A stretch of 64,000 nucleotides of DNA from Nibricoccus sp. (GTDB lineage Bacteria > Verrucomicrobiota > Verrucomicrobiia > Opitutales > Opitutaceae). Below, piece by piece: positions 1-9,614 of this stretch. A model generated the notes under the pieces. The model made no database searches. It was not told the DNA's origin and saw only the letters and a program-made list of their open reading frames with translations. Numbering within the stretch: the stretch's first letter is position 1; every line of letters starts with the position of its first letter. The position numbers were made by a program, and so were the translations under genes. The DNA lies in the NCBI GenBank assembly GCA_047602425.1, contig JASGHG010000001.1, positions 4,512,001 to 4,576,000 of the forward strand, in the 5' to 3' direction.

Positions 1-392
1 GTTTTCTGTGCGCTGGAGCGCGGACGTCCGGACTCTGTTTCGTCGTCGCCGGAAGGATTGTAGCGAATGGACGAGACGCGCGGCCTGGTTTGGTTAGGCG
101 TGGCGGGTTGTTCGGCAGGATCGATCTGCGGAATCGAATAATTGACAATCGGAGGGAGCGGAACGCGGCGCGGACCGGGTCCGCCGGTGGGTTTTAGAGG
201 TGGTATGGGAAGTTGCGGCCGGTCGGGGGGCGGGGGTGGCGCCGGAATCTTGCGCTTTACGTCGTCGGGGTGTGGTTGCGAAATCGTGTCGGGGGCGGGC
301 GGACGCGGTGGCGGTGCGGGAGGCGTTTGGGCCGCCGCTTCCTGAGCCCGTTTTTCCTGGGCTTTTTTTAGCGCGTCGTTGATCAGGCTCAT
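1..392 (-). CDS. GspB/ExeB-like protein, N-terminal part (runs off the left edge)
   Basis: Manual translation from ATG at 392 gives MSLINDALKKAQEKRAQEAAAQTPPAPPPRPP..., with no in-frame stop to position 1. The MSLINxALKKA start is typical of GspB-like partners encoded after ExeA ATPases. Confidence 0.65.
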   Translation of the reverse strand, partial: MSLINDALKKAQEKRAQEAAAQTPPAPPPRPPAPDTISQPHPDDVKRKIPAPPPPPDRPQLPIPPLKPTGGPGPRRVPLPPIVNYSIPQIDPAEQPATPNQTRPRVSSIRYNPSGDDETESGRPRSSAQK

Positions 393-410
393 CGCAGAGG
401 GCGAAAGCGG

Positions 411-1229
411 TTATTCTTCGATCAGTTTCTTGAGATCTTTGACCGCACGGCGGACGTCCCAGTAATTTACCTCATCCGATTCACGAATAAAGGCGGAGAG
501 GAGGGATTTATCGCAGAGATTATTGACCACACGGGGAATTCCCTTGGAGAAACCGTGGATTTTGCGCATGGCCGAGGCGGTGAACACCGGGCGGCCATTC
601 CAGCCGGCGGTCGACATGCGGTGGTTGACGTAGTGGGCCAGTTCATACGGATCAAGCGGAGTCAGTTCGCAGTGAACGAGGATGCGCTGGCGGAGTTGAC
701 GGAGTTCGGGACGTTTAAGCACGGCTTTGAGCTCGGGCTGGCCGATGAGGACGATCTGCAAAAGTTTTTGCTGATCCGTTTCGAGATTGGAGAGCAGACG
801 GATTTGTTCGAGGACCTCGAAGGAAAGATTTTGGGCCTCGTCGATGATGAGCACAATGTCGCGGCCGGCGGTGATGCGGCTGAGAAGCACTTTGTTCATC
901 TGAAGCACGAGGTCGTGCGGGTTGTCGGCGGTGGTTTCCTCGCCCAGCTCATGGAGGATGGCGCGGAGCATCTGGTTTTCGTTGATGCGCGGATTGAGAA
1001 TGAGCGCGGTGTCGAAACGGGCAGGATCGAGCTCGTTGAGGAAACGACGGCAGAGCGTGGTTTTGCCGCAACCGACTTCGCCAACGATTACGATGAAACC
1101 TTTGTGCTGCTCGACCCCGAATTTGAGGTGGTGCAGCGCTTCTTGGTGGGTGGGGCTGAGGTATAGGAATTTTGGATCCGGTGTGATGTTGAAAGGCATC
1201 TCATTGAATCCGTAGTAGCTCTTGTACAT
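411..1229 (-). CDS. ExeA/GspA-family AAA ATPase
   Basis: MYKSYYGFNEMPFNITPDPKFLYLSPTHQEAL start, Walker A GEVGCGKTT, Walker B IIDEAQ, GQPEL, GIPRVVNNLCD. Start set at ATG 1229 (ORF track extends to 1298). Confidence 0.9.
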   Translation of the reverse strand: MYKSYYGFNEMPFNITPDPKFLYLSPTHQEALHHLKFGVEQHKGFIVIVGEVGCGKTTLCRRFLNELDPARFDTALILNPRINENQMLRAILHELGEETTADNPHDLVLQMNKVLLSRITAGRDIVLIIDEAQNLSFEVLEQIRLLSNLETDQQKLLQIVLIGQPELKAVLKRPELRQLRQRILVHCELTPLDPYELAHYVNHRMSTAGWNGRPVFTASAMRKIHGFSKGIPRVVNNLCDKSLLSAFIRESDEVNYWDVRRAVKDLKKLIEE

Positions 1230-1358
1230 GTCGGTGGGGCATTTATTAACGATATCGGCGAAAGGCACGCAAAAATTGCGTAGGTACGTTTGGAACATCT
1301 ACTTTTGAAACGTCCTTTACAAGCCTTGGGGTGAGTCGTTTATCTCCGGCATCCTCCA

Positions 1359-1697
1359 TTGAACTTCCGCCGTCTGATCATCGTATTTTATCTGCTGCTG
1401 TTCCTGTGTCTCGCGATCGGCTCGGGGGTTTTCTTCCTACAGACACGTCGACAATACCAACAGCTGCTGAAAAACGAGGCGGAGAGCCGTCAATTGCTGG
1501 CGGAGGCGCAGTTGAAATTGCGTGAGCAGGAAAAAATTCTCGACCGCTTGCGAAACGATCCGGCCTTCGTCGAACTCGTGATCCGCCGCCAGCTCGGCTA
1601 TGCGAAACCCGAGGAAATGATTTTCCGGTTTGAGTCGGTGGGCGAACAAGACCTGCGTCGCGACGATGGCGCGCGCAACCCGCGTCGTATCCCGTGA
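1359..1697 (+). CDS. ftsB: FtsB/DivIC septum formation initiator family protein
   Basis: Single TM helix, coiled coil, then L..DPAFVELVIRRQLGYAKPEE motif. Confidence 0.8.
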   Translation: MNFRRLIIVFYLLLFLCLAIGSGVFFLQTRRQYQQLLKNEAESRQLLAEAQLKLREQEKILDRLRNDPAFVELVIRRQLGYAKPEEMIFRFESVGEQDLRRDDGARNPRRIP

Positions 1698-1776
1698 TCC
1701 TGCAATCGCGCGCGGGAAATAGCATTGCCGCGGGGCCGGTGGCGTTTTTTCAATAACCCCTTTTCTTATCAGCAAC

Positions 1777-3204
1777 ATGGCCACACCTTCGATCATCGAA
1801 ACGTTTCGCAACGCCGGACAGGGGCAGGTTTTCGCCTTCTTCGACCAACTCACACCGGCCGAACAGGAGCGCTTGCTGGCCGATGCGGCGGAAATCGATC
1901 TCGCGGAAATCGACCGGCTTTGCCGAACCTTGTTGGTTAAGGGCGCAGCCGCGGTGAATCTCGAGGGCATCACGCCGGCCCCATACGAGCCGCTTCCTGA
2001 AAACGGTGGCAACGGCTCCGAATGGGCTCGCGCGAAAGGTGCGGGCGAGGCGGCGTTGCGCGCGGGCAAGGTTGCGGCCTTCGTGGTCGCGGGCGGGCAG
2101 GGCACCCGGCTCGGCTACGACGGCCCGAAAGGCACGTATCCGGTTTCACCGATCAAGAAGAAACCGCTATTCCAGATTTTTGCCGAAAAGATCCGCGCCG
2201 CCGGCCTGCGTTACGGAAAACCGATCCACTGGTTCATCATGACGAGTCACGCCAACCACGTGGCGACCGAGACATTTTTCAAAGAGAATAATTTCTTCGG
2301 GCTCGACGCCGGCCGCGTGCATTTTTTCCGCCAGGGACGCATGCCCGCTGTGGACTTAAACGGCAAGATTCTCCTCGAAACGAAAAGCTCCATCGCGATG
2401 AGTCCCGATGGCCACGGCGGTTCGCTTCGCGCGCTGGAGCGCAGCGGCGCGTTGGACCTCATGAAGCGCGAGGGCATCGACACGCTGAGCTTTTTCCAAG
2501 TCGACAACCCACTGGTCCGCGTGATCGATCCGGCTTTCATCGGCTTCCACCTTTTGCGTGGTTCGGAAATGTCCAGCAAGACGGTGACCAAGGCCTATCC
2601 CGAGGAGAAAGTCGGCCACTTCTGCATCCAGAACGGCAAATTGATCGTCGTCGAGTACAGCGATCTCCCGCTCGAACTCCAGCGCGCGACCGACGCCCAC
2701 GGGAAGCTCCGTTACCTCGCTGGCAGCATCGCTATTCACGCGCTCGATCGCGAATTCATCCACCGTATGGCGGCCGGAGGCGAAGGCGTGGCGCTGCCAT
2801 TCCATCGTGCCGATAAAAAAATTCCCACCGTCGATGCCGCGGGCAATCCGGTGAAGCCTGAGAAGGCCAACGGTGTGAAATTCGAGATGTTTGTCTTCGA
2901 CGCGCTACCATTTTCCCGGCAGCCGGTCGTGATCGAAACGCGCCGCGCCGACGACTTCAGTCCGGTGAAAAACGCCGAAGGCATCGATTCACCCAAAACC
3001 TGCCGCGAGGACCAAATGCGCCAGTTCGCCCGCTGGCTCAAGCTGGGCGGCAAACCCGTCGAGGTAGACCCAACCGGACTGCCGAAGATCGACGTCGAGG
3101 TGTCGCCGCTTTTTGGATACGACGAGGATTCGTTCCTCGACAGTCTCGGCAAGCGTTCTCTCAAGCGCGACGAACTCAACCACGGACCCCTTTATCTCGA
3201 ATAA
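1777..3204 (+). CDS. UDPGP-family UDP-N-acetylhexosamine pyrophosphorylase (eukaryote-type UAP)
   Basis: AGGQGTRLG..GPKG, SPDGHGG, VDNPL, VEYSD, KFEMFVFD, FSPVKN motifs. Confidence 0.9.
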   Translation: MATPSIIETFRNAGQGQVFAFFDQLTPAEQERLLADAAEIDLAEIDRLCRTLLVKGAAAVNLEGITPAPYEPLPENGGNGSEWARAKGAGEAALRAGKVAAFVVAGGQGTRLGYDGPKGTYPVSPIKKKPLFQIFAEKIRAAGLRYGKPIHWFIMTSHANHVATETFFKENNFFGLDAGRVHFFRQGRMPAVDLNGKILLETKSSIAMSPDGHGGSLRALERSGALDLMKREGIDTLSFFQVDNPLVRVIDPAFIGFHLLRGSEMSSKTVTKAYPEEKVGHFCIQNGKLIVVEYSDLPLELQRATDAHGKLRYLAGSIAIHALDREFIHRMAAGGEGVALPFHRADKKIPTVDAAGNPVKPEKANGVKFEMFVFDALPFSRQPVVIETRRADDFSPVKNAEGIDSPKTCREDQMRQFARWLKLGGKPVEVDPTGLPKIDVEVSPLFGYDEDSFLDSLGKRSLKRDELNHGPLYLE

Positions 3205-3207
3205 GCC

Positions 3208-5169
3208 ATGACCACGTTGGAAAAAATTCAATCGGCCGCCAAAGCCGGCCAGCTTCTCGCCTCGACCAATGAAAACCTCCAAGCCTGGCTGAATGCAGGC
3301 TTGCCTGCTTGGGCCGTGGCCAGCATCGACGAACTCGTTGCGCAGCAGGCGTGGGCCGAATTGAACGACCGGTTTTATCGCTATCTTGAATTTGGCACGG
3401 GCGGCATGCGTGGACGCACGATCGGCGTGGTATCGACGAAAGCCGAGTCCGGCCAGCTTGGCGAGCAAGGCACACCCGAACATGCCGCTATCGGCAGCAA
3501 TGTGTTGAACGATTTTACGCTCATCCGCGCGACGGTCGGCTTGTTCCGCTACACGCACAGCTTTCTGGCGAAGTCGTCCCGGAGTGAATTGCCGAAGCTG
3601 GTGATCGCCCATGACGTCCGCCACTTCTCCCGGCATTTCTGCGAGCTTGCCGCCTCCACGTGGACAAAACTCGGAGGCACCGCGTATATTTTCGAAGGTC
3701 CGCGCTCAACGCCACAACTCAGTTTTTCGGTGCGCTATCTGAAAGCGCATGCCGGCGTCGTCATTACCGCCAGCCACAATCCTCCTCACGATAATGGCTT
3801 CAAGGCCTACTTCGAAGACGGCGGTCAGGTGGTTCCACCGCACGACACTTCGATTGTGGCCGAGGTGAACAAGGTTTCCCTCGACCAAGTCGGTCAGTTT
3901 CTCTCCAAGGACTTGGTTCGGGTCATTACACTCGGCCGGGCGGCGGACGACGCTTATCTGGCGGTTGCGCAAAAAGCGTTGCTCGATCCAGCGGTGTTTC
4001 GCAAAGCCAAGCTCAAGGTTGCTTTTACCAATATCCATGGCACGGGCGCGATCGCCTCGGTGCCGTTGCTGCTGCATGCCGGCGCGGAAGTGCACGAAGT
4101 CGCGGAACAGCTGAATTTCGATCCACGCTTCCCGACGGTGAAATCGCCAAACCCGGAAAACGCGGAAGCGCTTTCCAAAGCGGTTGCGCTGGCCGAAGCG
4201 AAAGGGCTCGATCTGGTCCTCGCCACCGATCCGGATTGCGACCGCATGGGCTGCGCCGTGCGCAATCGCGAAGGCAAAATGGAACTCCTCACCGGCAACC
4301 AAATCGGTGCCATGCTCGCCGAGTATCGAATTAGCAAATACAAGGAGCTCGGTTGGATTCCCAAGGGCGGCGTGGCCTCGGCCGTGTTGATCAAAACATT
4401 CGTAACCTCGCCATTGCAGGATGCGATCGGCCACGCGCACGGCGTCAAAGTCATCAACACGCTGACGGGTTTCAAATGGATCGCGGCCAAGATTCGTGGC
4501 TATGAGGAACATCTTAAAACGAAGATACTTTCTTCCGAGGGAATTGCGCTCGACTACGACGCCACGCCGTTTGAAAGCCGCGCGAAGCTGTTGCAGAAAT
4601 ACAGCACCTTCTACCTTTTCGGCGGCGAAGAGAGCTACGGATATCTCGGCAACGACTACGTGCGCGACAAGGATGGCAACGCTGCTTGCTTAATGCTCGC
4701 CGAATTGTGCGCTTGGGTGAAAAGCCGCGGCATGGCTGTGACCGAATATCTGGACGATATTTATCTGCGCTACGGCTTCTTCCTCGAAGGCGTAATCAAC
4801 ATCTACTACGAGGGCGCAAGTGGCGCTGCGAAAATCAAACGCATCCTGGATACCTATCGCTCGGAACCGCCAAAAACATTTGGCGACGTTGCCGTGACAA
4901 AGTTCCAGGATTTCGGCCGTGAGCACGTTTTCGATGCCGACGGTGAACAGATTCCCTCGCAAGATCTCTATTTTGTAACGCTGGCTAATGGTTATAGCTT
5001 TGCGGCGCGCGGCAGCGGCACGGAGCCGAAGATGAAGTTTTACCTTTTCGCCCACGCGAAGGCGGCCGATGCCGGGGCGCTGAAAACGGTCAAGACTCAG
5101 GTCAAAATCGAACTCGACCGGGTGCGCGCGTTGATTGAAGCCGACGCGAAGAAACGAGCCGAAGGCTGA
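3208..5169 (+). CDS. Phospho-sugar mutase (phosphoglucomutase/phosphomannomutase)
   Basis: FGTGGMRG, catalytic TASHNP, metal loop DPDCDR, GEESYG, RGSGTEPK. Confidence 0.93.
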   Translation: MTTLEKIQSAAKAGQLLASTNENLQAWLNAGLPAWAVASIDELVAQQAWAELNDRFYRYLEFGTGGMRGRTIGVVSTKAESGQLGEQGTPEHAAIGSNVLNDFTLIRATVGLFRYTHSFLAKSSRSELPKLVIAHDVRHFSRHFCELAASTWTKLGGTAYIFEGPRSTPQLSFSVRYLKAHAGVVITASHNPPHDNGFKAYFEDGGQVVPPHDTSIVAEVNKVSLDQVGQFLSKDLVRVITLGRAADDAYLAVAQKALLDPAVFRKAKLKVAFTNIHGTGAIASVPLLLHAGAEVHEVAEQLNFDPRFPTVKSPNPENAEALSKAVALAEAKGLDLVLATDPDCDRMGCAVRNREGKMELLTGNQIGAMLAEYRISKYKELGWIPKGGVASAVLIKTFVTSPLQDAIGHAHGVKVINTLTGFKWIAAKIRGYEEHLKTKILSSEGIALDYDATPFESRAKLLQKYSTFYLFGGEESYGYLGNDYVRDKDGNAACLMLAELCAWVKSRGMAVTEYLDDIYLRYGFFLEGVINIYYEGASGAAKIKRILDTYRSEPPKTFGDVAVTKFQDFGREHVFDADGEQIPSQDLYFVTLANGYSFAARGSGTEPKMKFYLFAHAKAADAGALKTVKTQVKIELDRVRALIEADAKKRAEG

Positions 5170-5194
5170 TTTTTTTTATTCCCTCGCGCAGGAC

Positions 5195-5222
5195 GGGCCC
5201 GGATTTTTGCCGGGCCTTTTTT
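5195..5222 (+). terminator. Intrinsic terminator after the mutase gene
   Basis: GGCCCGG-ATTTTTG-CCGGGCC stem followed by a T tract, between convergent genes. Confidence 0.65.
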
Positions 5223-6051
5223 ATTTGGTTATTATTTCACTGACGGGGGTCGGCGTCGCGACACTCAATCCCGCAGCCTGCTGCAGGATGGCCTTTACTT
5301 TAGCGGTATCGAAGGGTTTTAGGAGGTAACCTGAAATATTGAGTTGGGCGAGTGCGCGAACCTGTTCGCGATCGTGCTCGGCGGAGATGACAACCACGCG
5401 CATCTTGCGCAGACTCGGATCTTCACGGATGAGCTGGATGAAACCGAAGCCGTCGACTCTGGGCATCCGCAAGTCCACGAGGATGAGGTCGGGTCGCAAG
5501 CCGGCATGGAGGCGATCGAGCGCATCCTGTCCATCCTGAGCCATGACAATTTCCCAGCTTGGTTCGGTTTTGAAAATTTCCTTCAACGCGGCGCGTTCGG
5601 TGACGTTGTCGTCGGCGATCAACGCGGTGTGCTTGAGAAGATTTTTGGTGTAAAGGGTTGGGTTGGCACTTGACCGCGCGAGGAGCGGACGAAGGGTGGC
5701 GAGCGTCTTTTCGGCATTGTAGGGTTTGAGCAGGTAGCCGGCGATGCTGAGTTTGGCGAGGGCGACAATGGTATCCTTGTCGCGGGTGCCGGAAGCGACG
5801 ACGACTTTGATGTCGCGAAGCAAGGGGTCCCGGCGCATGCGTGTGAGCATTTCGAGCCCGTCGAGGCGGGGCATTCTCAAATCGAGCAGACAGATGTCGG
5901 GGCGCAGGCCGTCGCAGAGCAAGTCTATGGCTTCCTGTCCATCTTTGGTTTCGGTGACTTCCCAGCCGGGTTCGGCCTTGAGGATCGCGCGCAAGGCGGT
6001 GCGCTCGGTTTCCTGATCGTCTGCGATCAAAATGCGTTTGGTTGTGTTCAT
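5221..6051 (-). CDS. Response regulator with two tandem receiver domains and no output domain
   Basis: Two homologous REC halves (IADD...DLRMPR.DG...YLLKP). Confidence 0.9.
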   Translation of the reverse strand: MNTTKRILIADDQETERTALRAILKAEPGWEVTETKDGQEAIDLLCDGLRPDICLLDLRMPRLDGLEMLTRMRRDPLLRDIKVVVASGTRDKDTIVALAKLSIAGYLLKPYNAEKTLATLRPLLARSSANPTLYTKNLLKHTALIADDNVTERAALKEIFKTEPSWEIVMAQDGQDALDRLHAGLRPDLILVDLRMPRVDGFGFIQLIREDPSLRKMRVVVISAEHDREQVRALAQLNISGYLLKPFDTAKVKAILQQAAGLSVATPTPVSEIITK

Positions 6052-9000
6052 GAGGCGGTGGGCTTGCGTTGTTGGCGTAAAATTTCGAACTCCTTTTCCG
6101 CCCGGACAACCAGCGCGTTGATTCGGTCGAGTTGGTTGTTGTCGGCAAAACGTTCTATTTCGGCACAGATCGAAGAAAGCGCCGCGGCTTGGATATAGCT
6201 AGAGGTTCCTTTGAGGGAATGCGCAGCGCGTGCGAGTACAACTGAATTGGCTGATGCCAGGGAATCCCGCATTTGCGCGAGGCGTTGCGGCGCTTCCGCA
6301 AAGTACAATTCGGTGATGCGTTCGATGGCATCCGAGGGAAGCTGGGGTGGAGAGGGTGGTTGGGCTTCGGCTTCGTCGAGAATGGCCAGCAATTCGTCTT
6401 CGCTCAAACCGACTTCGCTCATGGGCGACTGGGTTTCAGCCGACGAGGCATAGACATGCCTGGAATGAATCGGCTTTTCGGGCGGCTGGAGGGCTACGCC
6501 CTGTTTTTCCAGATGTACGATGGTCCTTTCCAGCGCGGCATGGAGTTCGTCTTCGCGGAGGGGCTTGATGAGGTAGTCATTCATGCCGGCCGCAAGGCAG
6601 CGCTCTCGATATCCGGAAGCGGCGTTGGCGGTGTTGGCGATGATGTAAACTTGGTGATCGAGGACGGTTGAGGCTGGATTGCGAATACATTGGGTCGCTT
6701 GGAACCCGTCCATCACCGGCATGCGATTGTCCATGAGCACGACATCGGCTCGATTGCAGGCGAGCCAATCGACGGCTTTTTGGCCATCGTCGACGAATTC
6801 GATGGAATGTCCCATCTGAATTACGAGGAATTCCACGGCGACCTGATTGGTGAGATCGTCCTCCGCACAGAGAATATGCAGGCGGGCGCGGTGACGGGGG
6901 AGACTTGAGATGGGTGCAATGGTACCTCGAACGGCCGCGAGATCTTCGTTCGTGCCGACACCAACCGACGCGGTAAAAGTAAAGATGGTGCTGATTCCCG
7001 GCGTACTCTTCACCTGGACGTCGCCACGCATGAGCTCCGCCAGGTTCTTTACTATGGAAAGACCAAGGCCGGTGCCACCGAAGCGTCGGGTGGTGGAAAT
7101 GTCTCCTTGCTCAAAACGGCTGAAAAGGCATGCGAGCTTTTCCTTTTCGATCCCAATGCCTGTATCGATCACTTCAATACGCAGTTCCGCCCGGCCTTCC
7201 GCAGCGGGTGCAATGGAGATTTCGGTTTTTATGCTGCCATTCTCGGTGAACTTCAGGGCATTGCTGAGGAGATTGGCGAGAACTTGGCGCAGGCGAGTTG
7301 GATCGCCGTGGAGGGCGGGCGGAAGATCGGGCGCAAGCGTCCAAGTAAATGTGAGCCCCTTTGCTTCGGCACGCACACGCATGGGTTCAAGCACGCGTCC
7401 GAATTCCAGGACAGGATCGAAGGCGATAGTTTCGAGCGAGAGTTTTCCTGCCTCGACCTTGGCGGTGTCCAGAATGTCATCGAGCATGCCCAGGAGATTT
7501 TCTGCATTTTCCTTCGCAAGATCAGTATAAAGCTGCTGGTCGGGCTCCATCGGATATTTCCGCAGGACATTGAGCATGCCGATGACACCGCTCAAAGGCG
7601 TGCGGATTTCATGGCTCATAACGGCGAGGAACTCGCTTTTGGTTCGGTTTGCAGCCTCGGCCGCATCCTTGGCTGTGAGCAGTTCCTTTTCGGTTTGCTT
7701 GAGATCGCTGATATCGACGCCGATCGAGACGAGGCTGCGCAAGTTGCGTTGGTCGTCGAGTGTGGGAGTCAGGGCGACGCGCCAGATGATCGTCTGGCCG
7801 TCAGGTCTGTGGTACTCGGATTCGAAGGCTGTAGACTGTCCCTTGAGCGTGGAATCGAACGACTTCGCGACCAACTCGCGTGTGTGGACAGGCCAGATTG
7901 AAAGGTAATGCTGGCCGATGATCTCGTCGCGCCGGCGATCCAGGGCATTGAGGCCATTTTGATTGATGGCGGTACAGCGCCCTTGGGGGTCAAACATCTG
8001 AACGCAATTGGGCGAACCTTCCACAAGCGTACTCGTGCGTTGTTCCGAGACGGTCAGCCGGGCGAGGCTTTCGTGGATGCGATCTTGGGCATAGAAATAG
8101 GTTATTAACAGCAACGTGATGATAAGCGTAATGAGCAAGGCAGGCAGGCGACCCGCTTTTAGCGCGGCAGACCAGTGCGCTGCGGAGATGTCGGCATCGG
8201 CCGTGACCCACGCATTATCGGGACCGATCGCGCCGAGCGGAACGGAAGCGGAAATCCAAGTCCCCCAATGATCGGTGAGCGGACCAAGAACAAAGGCCTG
8301 ATGTTTCGCCGCTTCGTGAAGGTAGTTTTCTTCGGCATCGTCGTAATGTTGTCCGGGTGGCGAATAGTCGGGCGAATCTGGCGCCTCGGAATCGACGAGA
8401 AAATAGGCCTCCCCCTTTCGCAGTCCCGTGAGCATGAGAAAGCGTATGTCCGGGTTCGCTTTGGCCTGCGCCATCATGCGTTGCTTGATCTCTTGATAGC
8501 GAGGGTTGTTGAGATCGGTGTGATTCCACTGAAAAGTTGCGACATACTCAGGAGGGATCGACGCAGCGAGCAGGCGAGTGCGGAGCAGGATGTCGTTGCG
8601 CATGCTCTCGTCCTTCAAACGCATGGCATGGTCGGAAGAAAACCAACCGGCAGCGACAATAAGCAGGAGAATGCCGGATTGCACCTGCCGCTTGTGCGCC
8701 CAGGTCCGTCTCGTGTGATCGCCGAGACGGAGATGATGTTGCAGCGAGTAGTGGCAACCCAGGGTCCAGCAAGCGAAAATGGCCAGAACGATCCCAACGA
8801 GTGCAGTAGCCAGCGACAACCAGGTTTGTCGGCCGGGATCCTGGGCCGAGGCGAAATTCGTCAAACCGGTACAACCAATGACTAAAGCATAAAAACCGAA
8901 GGCAAAGGCGCATCGCTGGAGGCGAACCGCTTCAACCTTTTGGCGCGTACCCCGGGAGCGGGCGATGAATGCCAGACCGGCAATGAGGCCGCTCAACAGG

Positions 9001-9392
9001 CCGAGCACCGGCATGTACCAGTCCGCGAAATCGCGGCCAAACCGTATGATACCGACAACGAGCAGCGCGGCTGGTCCCATATGCACCCAGTTGTTCAGTC
9101 TGAGGAGACCCATCCCGTAGAGTTTTTTCCGTGCGAACTGGACCAGGCAGAAAAAAGAACCGGCGAGCAACATGACGCGGACGGCGTACAGCACCCGGTT
9201 GTCACCCAGATCGAACGTGATCGCGTTCAGCCACACAAAGGCGGCTTGGGACGCACCGAAAAGCGCGAGCCACGACCAACCCCGGCGATTTTCCAAATGA
9301 AACAAACCCCATGATGAGCCCGCAATGAGCGCCAGTGCGACCCCGTGCAAAAAATAGATGTAGTCCAGTCTGAGTTCGAAAAAACCAATCAT
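6048..9392 (-). CDS. Hybrid sensor histidine kinase (multi-TM, extracytoplasmic loop, PAS, HisKA, HATPase, REC, Hpt)
   Basis: SHEIRTPL H-box, NALKFT, DTGIG, GGTGLGL, REC DNRMP, Hpt AHSLKG. Start likely ATG 9392 (ORF open to 9467). Overlaps the regulator start by 4 bp. Confidence 0.92.
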   Translation of the reverse strand: MIGFFELRLDYIYFLHGVALALIAGSSWGLFHLENRRGWSWLALFGASQAAFVWLNAITFDLGDNRVLYAVRVMLLAGSFFCLVQFARKKLYGMGLLRLNNWVHMGPAALLVVGIIRFGRDFADWYMPVLGLLSGLIAGLAFIARSRGTRQKVEAVRLQRCAFAFGFYALVIGCTGLTNFASAQDPGRQTWLSLATALVGIVLAIFACWTLGCHYSLQHHLRLGDHTRRTWAHKRQVQSGILLLIVAAGWFSSDHAMRLKDESMRNDILLRTRLLAASIPPEYVATFQWNHTDLNNPRYQEIKQRMMAQAKANPDIRFLMLTGLRKGEAYFLVDSEAPDSPDYSPPGQHYDDAEENYLHEAAKHQAFVLGPLTDHWGTWISASVPLGAIGPDNAWVTADADISAAHWSAALKAGRLPALLITLIITLLLITYFYAQDRIHESLARLTVSEQRTSTLVEGSPNCVQMFDPQGRCTAINQNGLNALDRRRDEIIGQHYLSIWPVHTRELVAKSFDSTLKGQSTAFESEYHRPDGQTIIWRVALTPTLDDQRNLRSLVSIGVDISDLKQTEKELLTAKDAAEAANRTKSEFLAVMSHEIRTPLSGVIGMLNVLRKYPMEPDQQLYTDLAKENAENLLGMLDDILDTAKVEAGKLSLETIAFDPVLEFGRVLEPMRVRAEAKGLTFTWTLAPDLPPALHGDPTRLRQVLANLLSNALKFTENGSIKTEISIAPAAEGRAELRIEVIDTGIGIEKEKLACLFSRFEQGDISTTRRFGGTGLGLSIVKNLAELMRGDVQVKSTPGISTIFTFTASVGVGTNEDLAAVRGTIAPISSLPRHRARLHILCAEDDLTNQVAVEFLVIQMGHSIEFVDDGQKAVDWLACNRADVVLMDNRMPVMDGFQATQCIRNPASTVLDHQVYIIANTANAASGYRERCLAAGMNDYLIKPLREDELHAALERTIVHLEKQGVALQPPEKPIHSRHVYASSAETQSPMSEVGLSEDELLAILDEAEAQPPSPPQLPSDAIERITELYFAEAPQRLAQMRDSLASANSVVLARAAHSLKGTSSYIQAAALSSICAEIERFADNNQLDRINALVVRAEKEFEILRQQRKPTAS

Positions 9393-9555
9393 GGCAACGA
9401 GTCCGCAACAGGCTGCTGCATGGATACGCAACCTATGATGGGCTCGTGATTTCCTACAACGGCGCAAGCTGCGGTAAAGTTGAGCCGAATGACGTTCGGC
9501 CGCGCATGATCAATATTATAATACCCCCGATTAACCGCTCTCCAACCCCTTGTCT

Positions 9556-9588
9556 AAAAACAAAAAGCCCGCTCGGTCATGAGCGGGC
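9556..9588 (-). terminator. Intrinsic terminator downstream of pdhC
   Basis: On the minus strand GCCCGCTC-ATGACC-GAGCGGGC followed by TTTTTGTTTTT. Confidence 0.75.
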
Positions 9589-9614
9589 CGGAAAAAATAC
9601 GAGAGGATTTGCCC

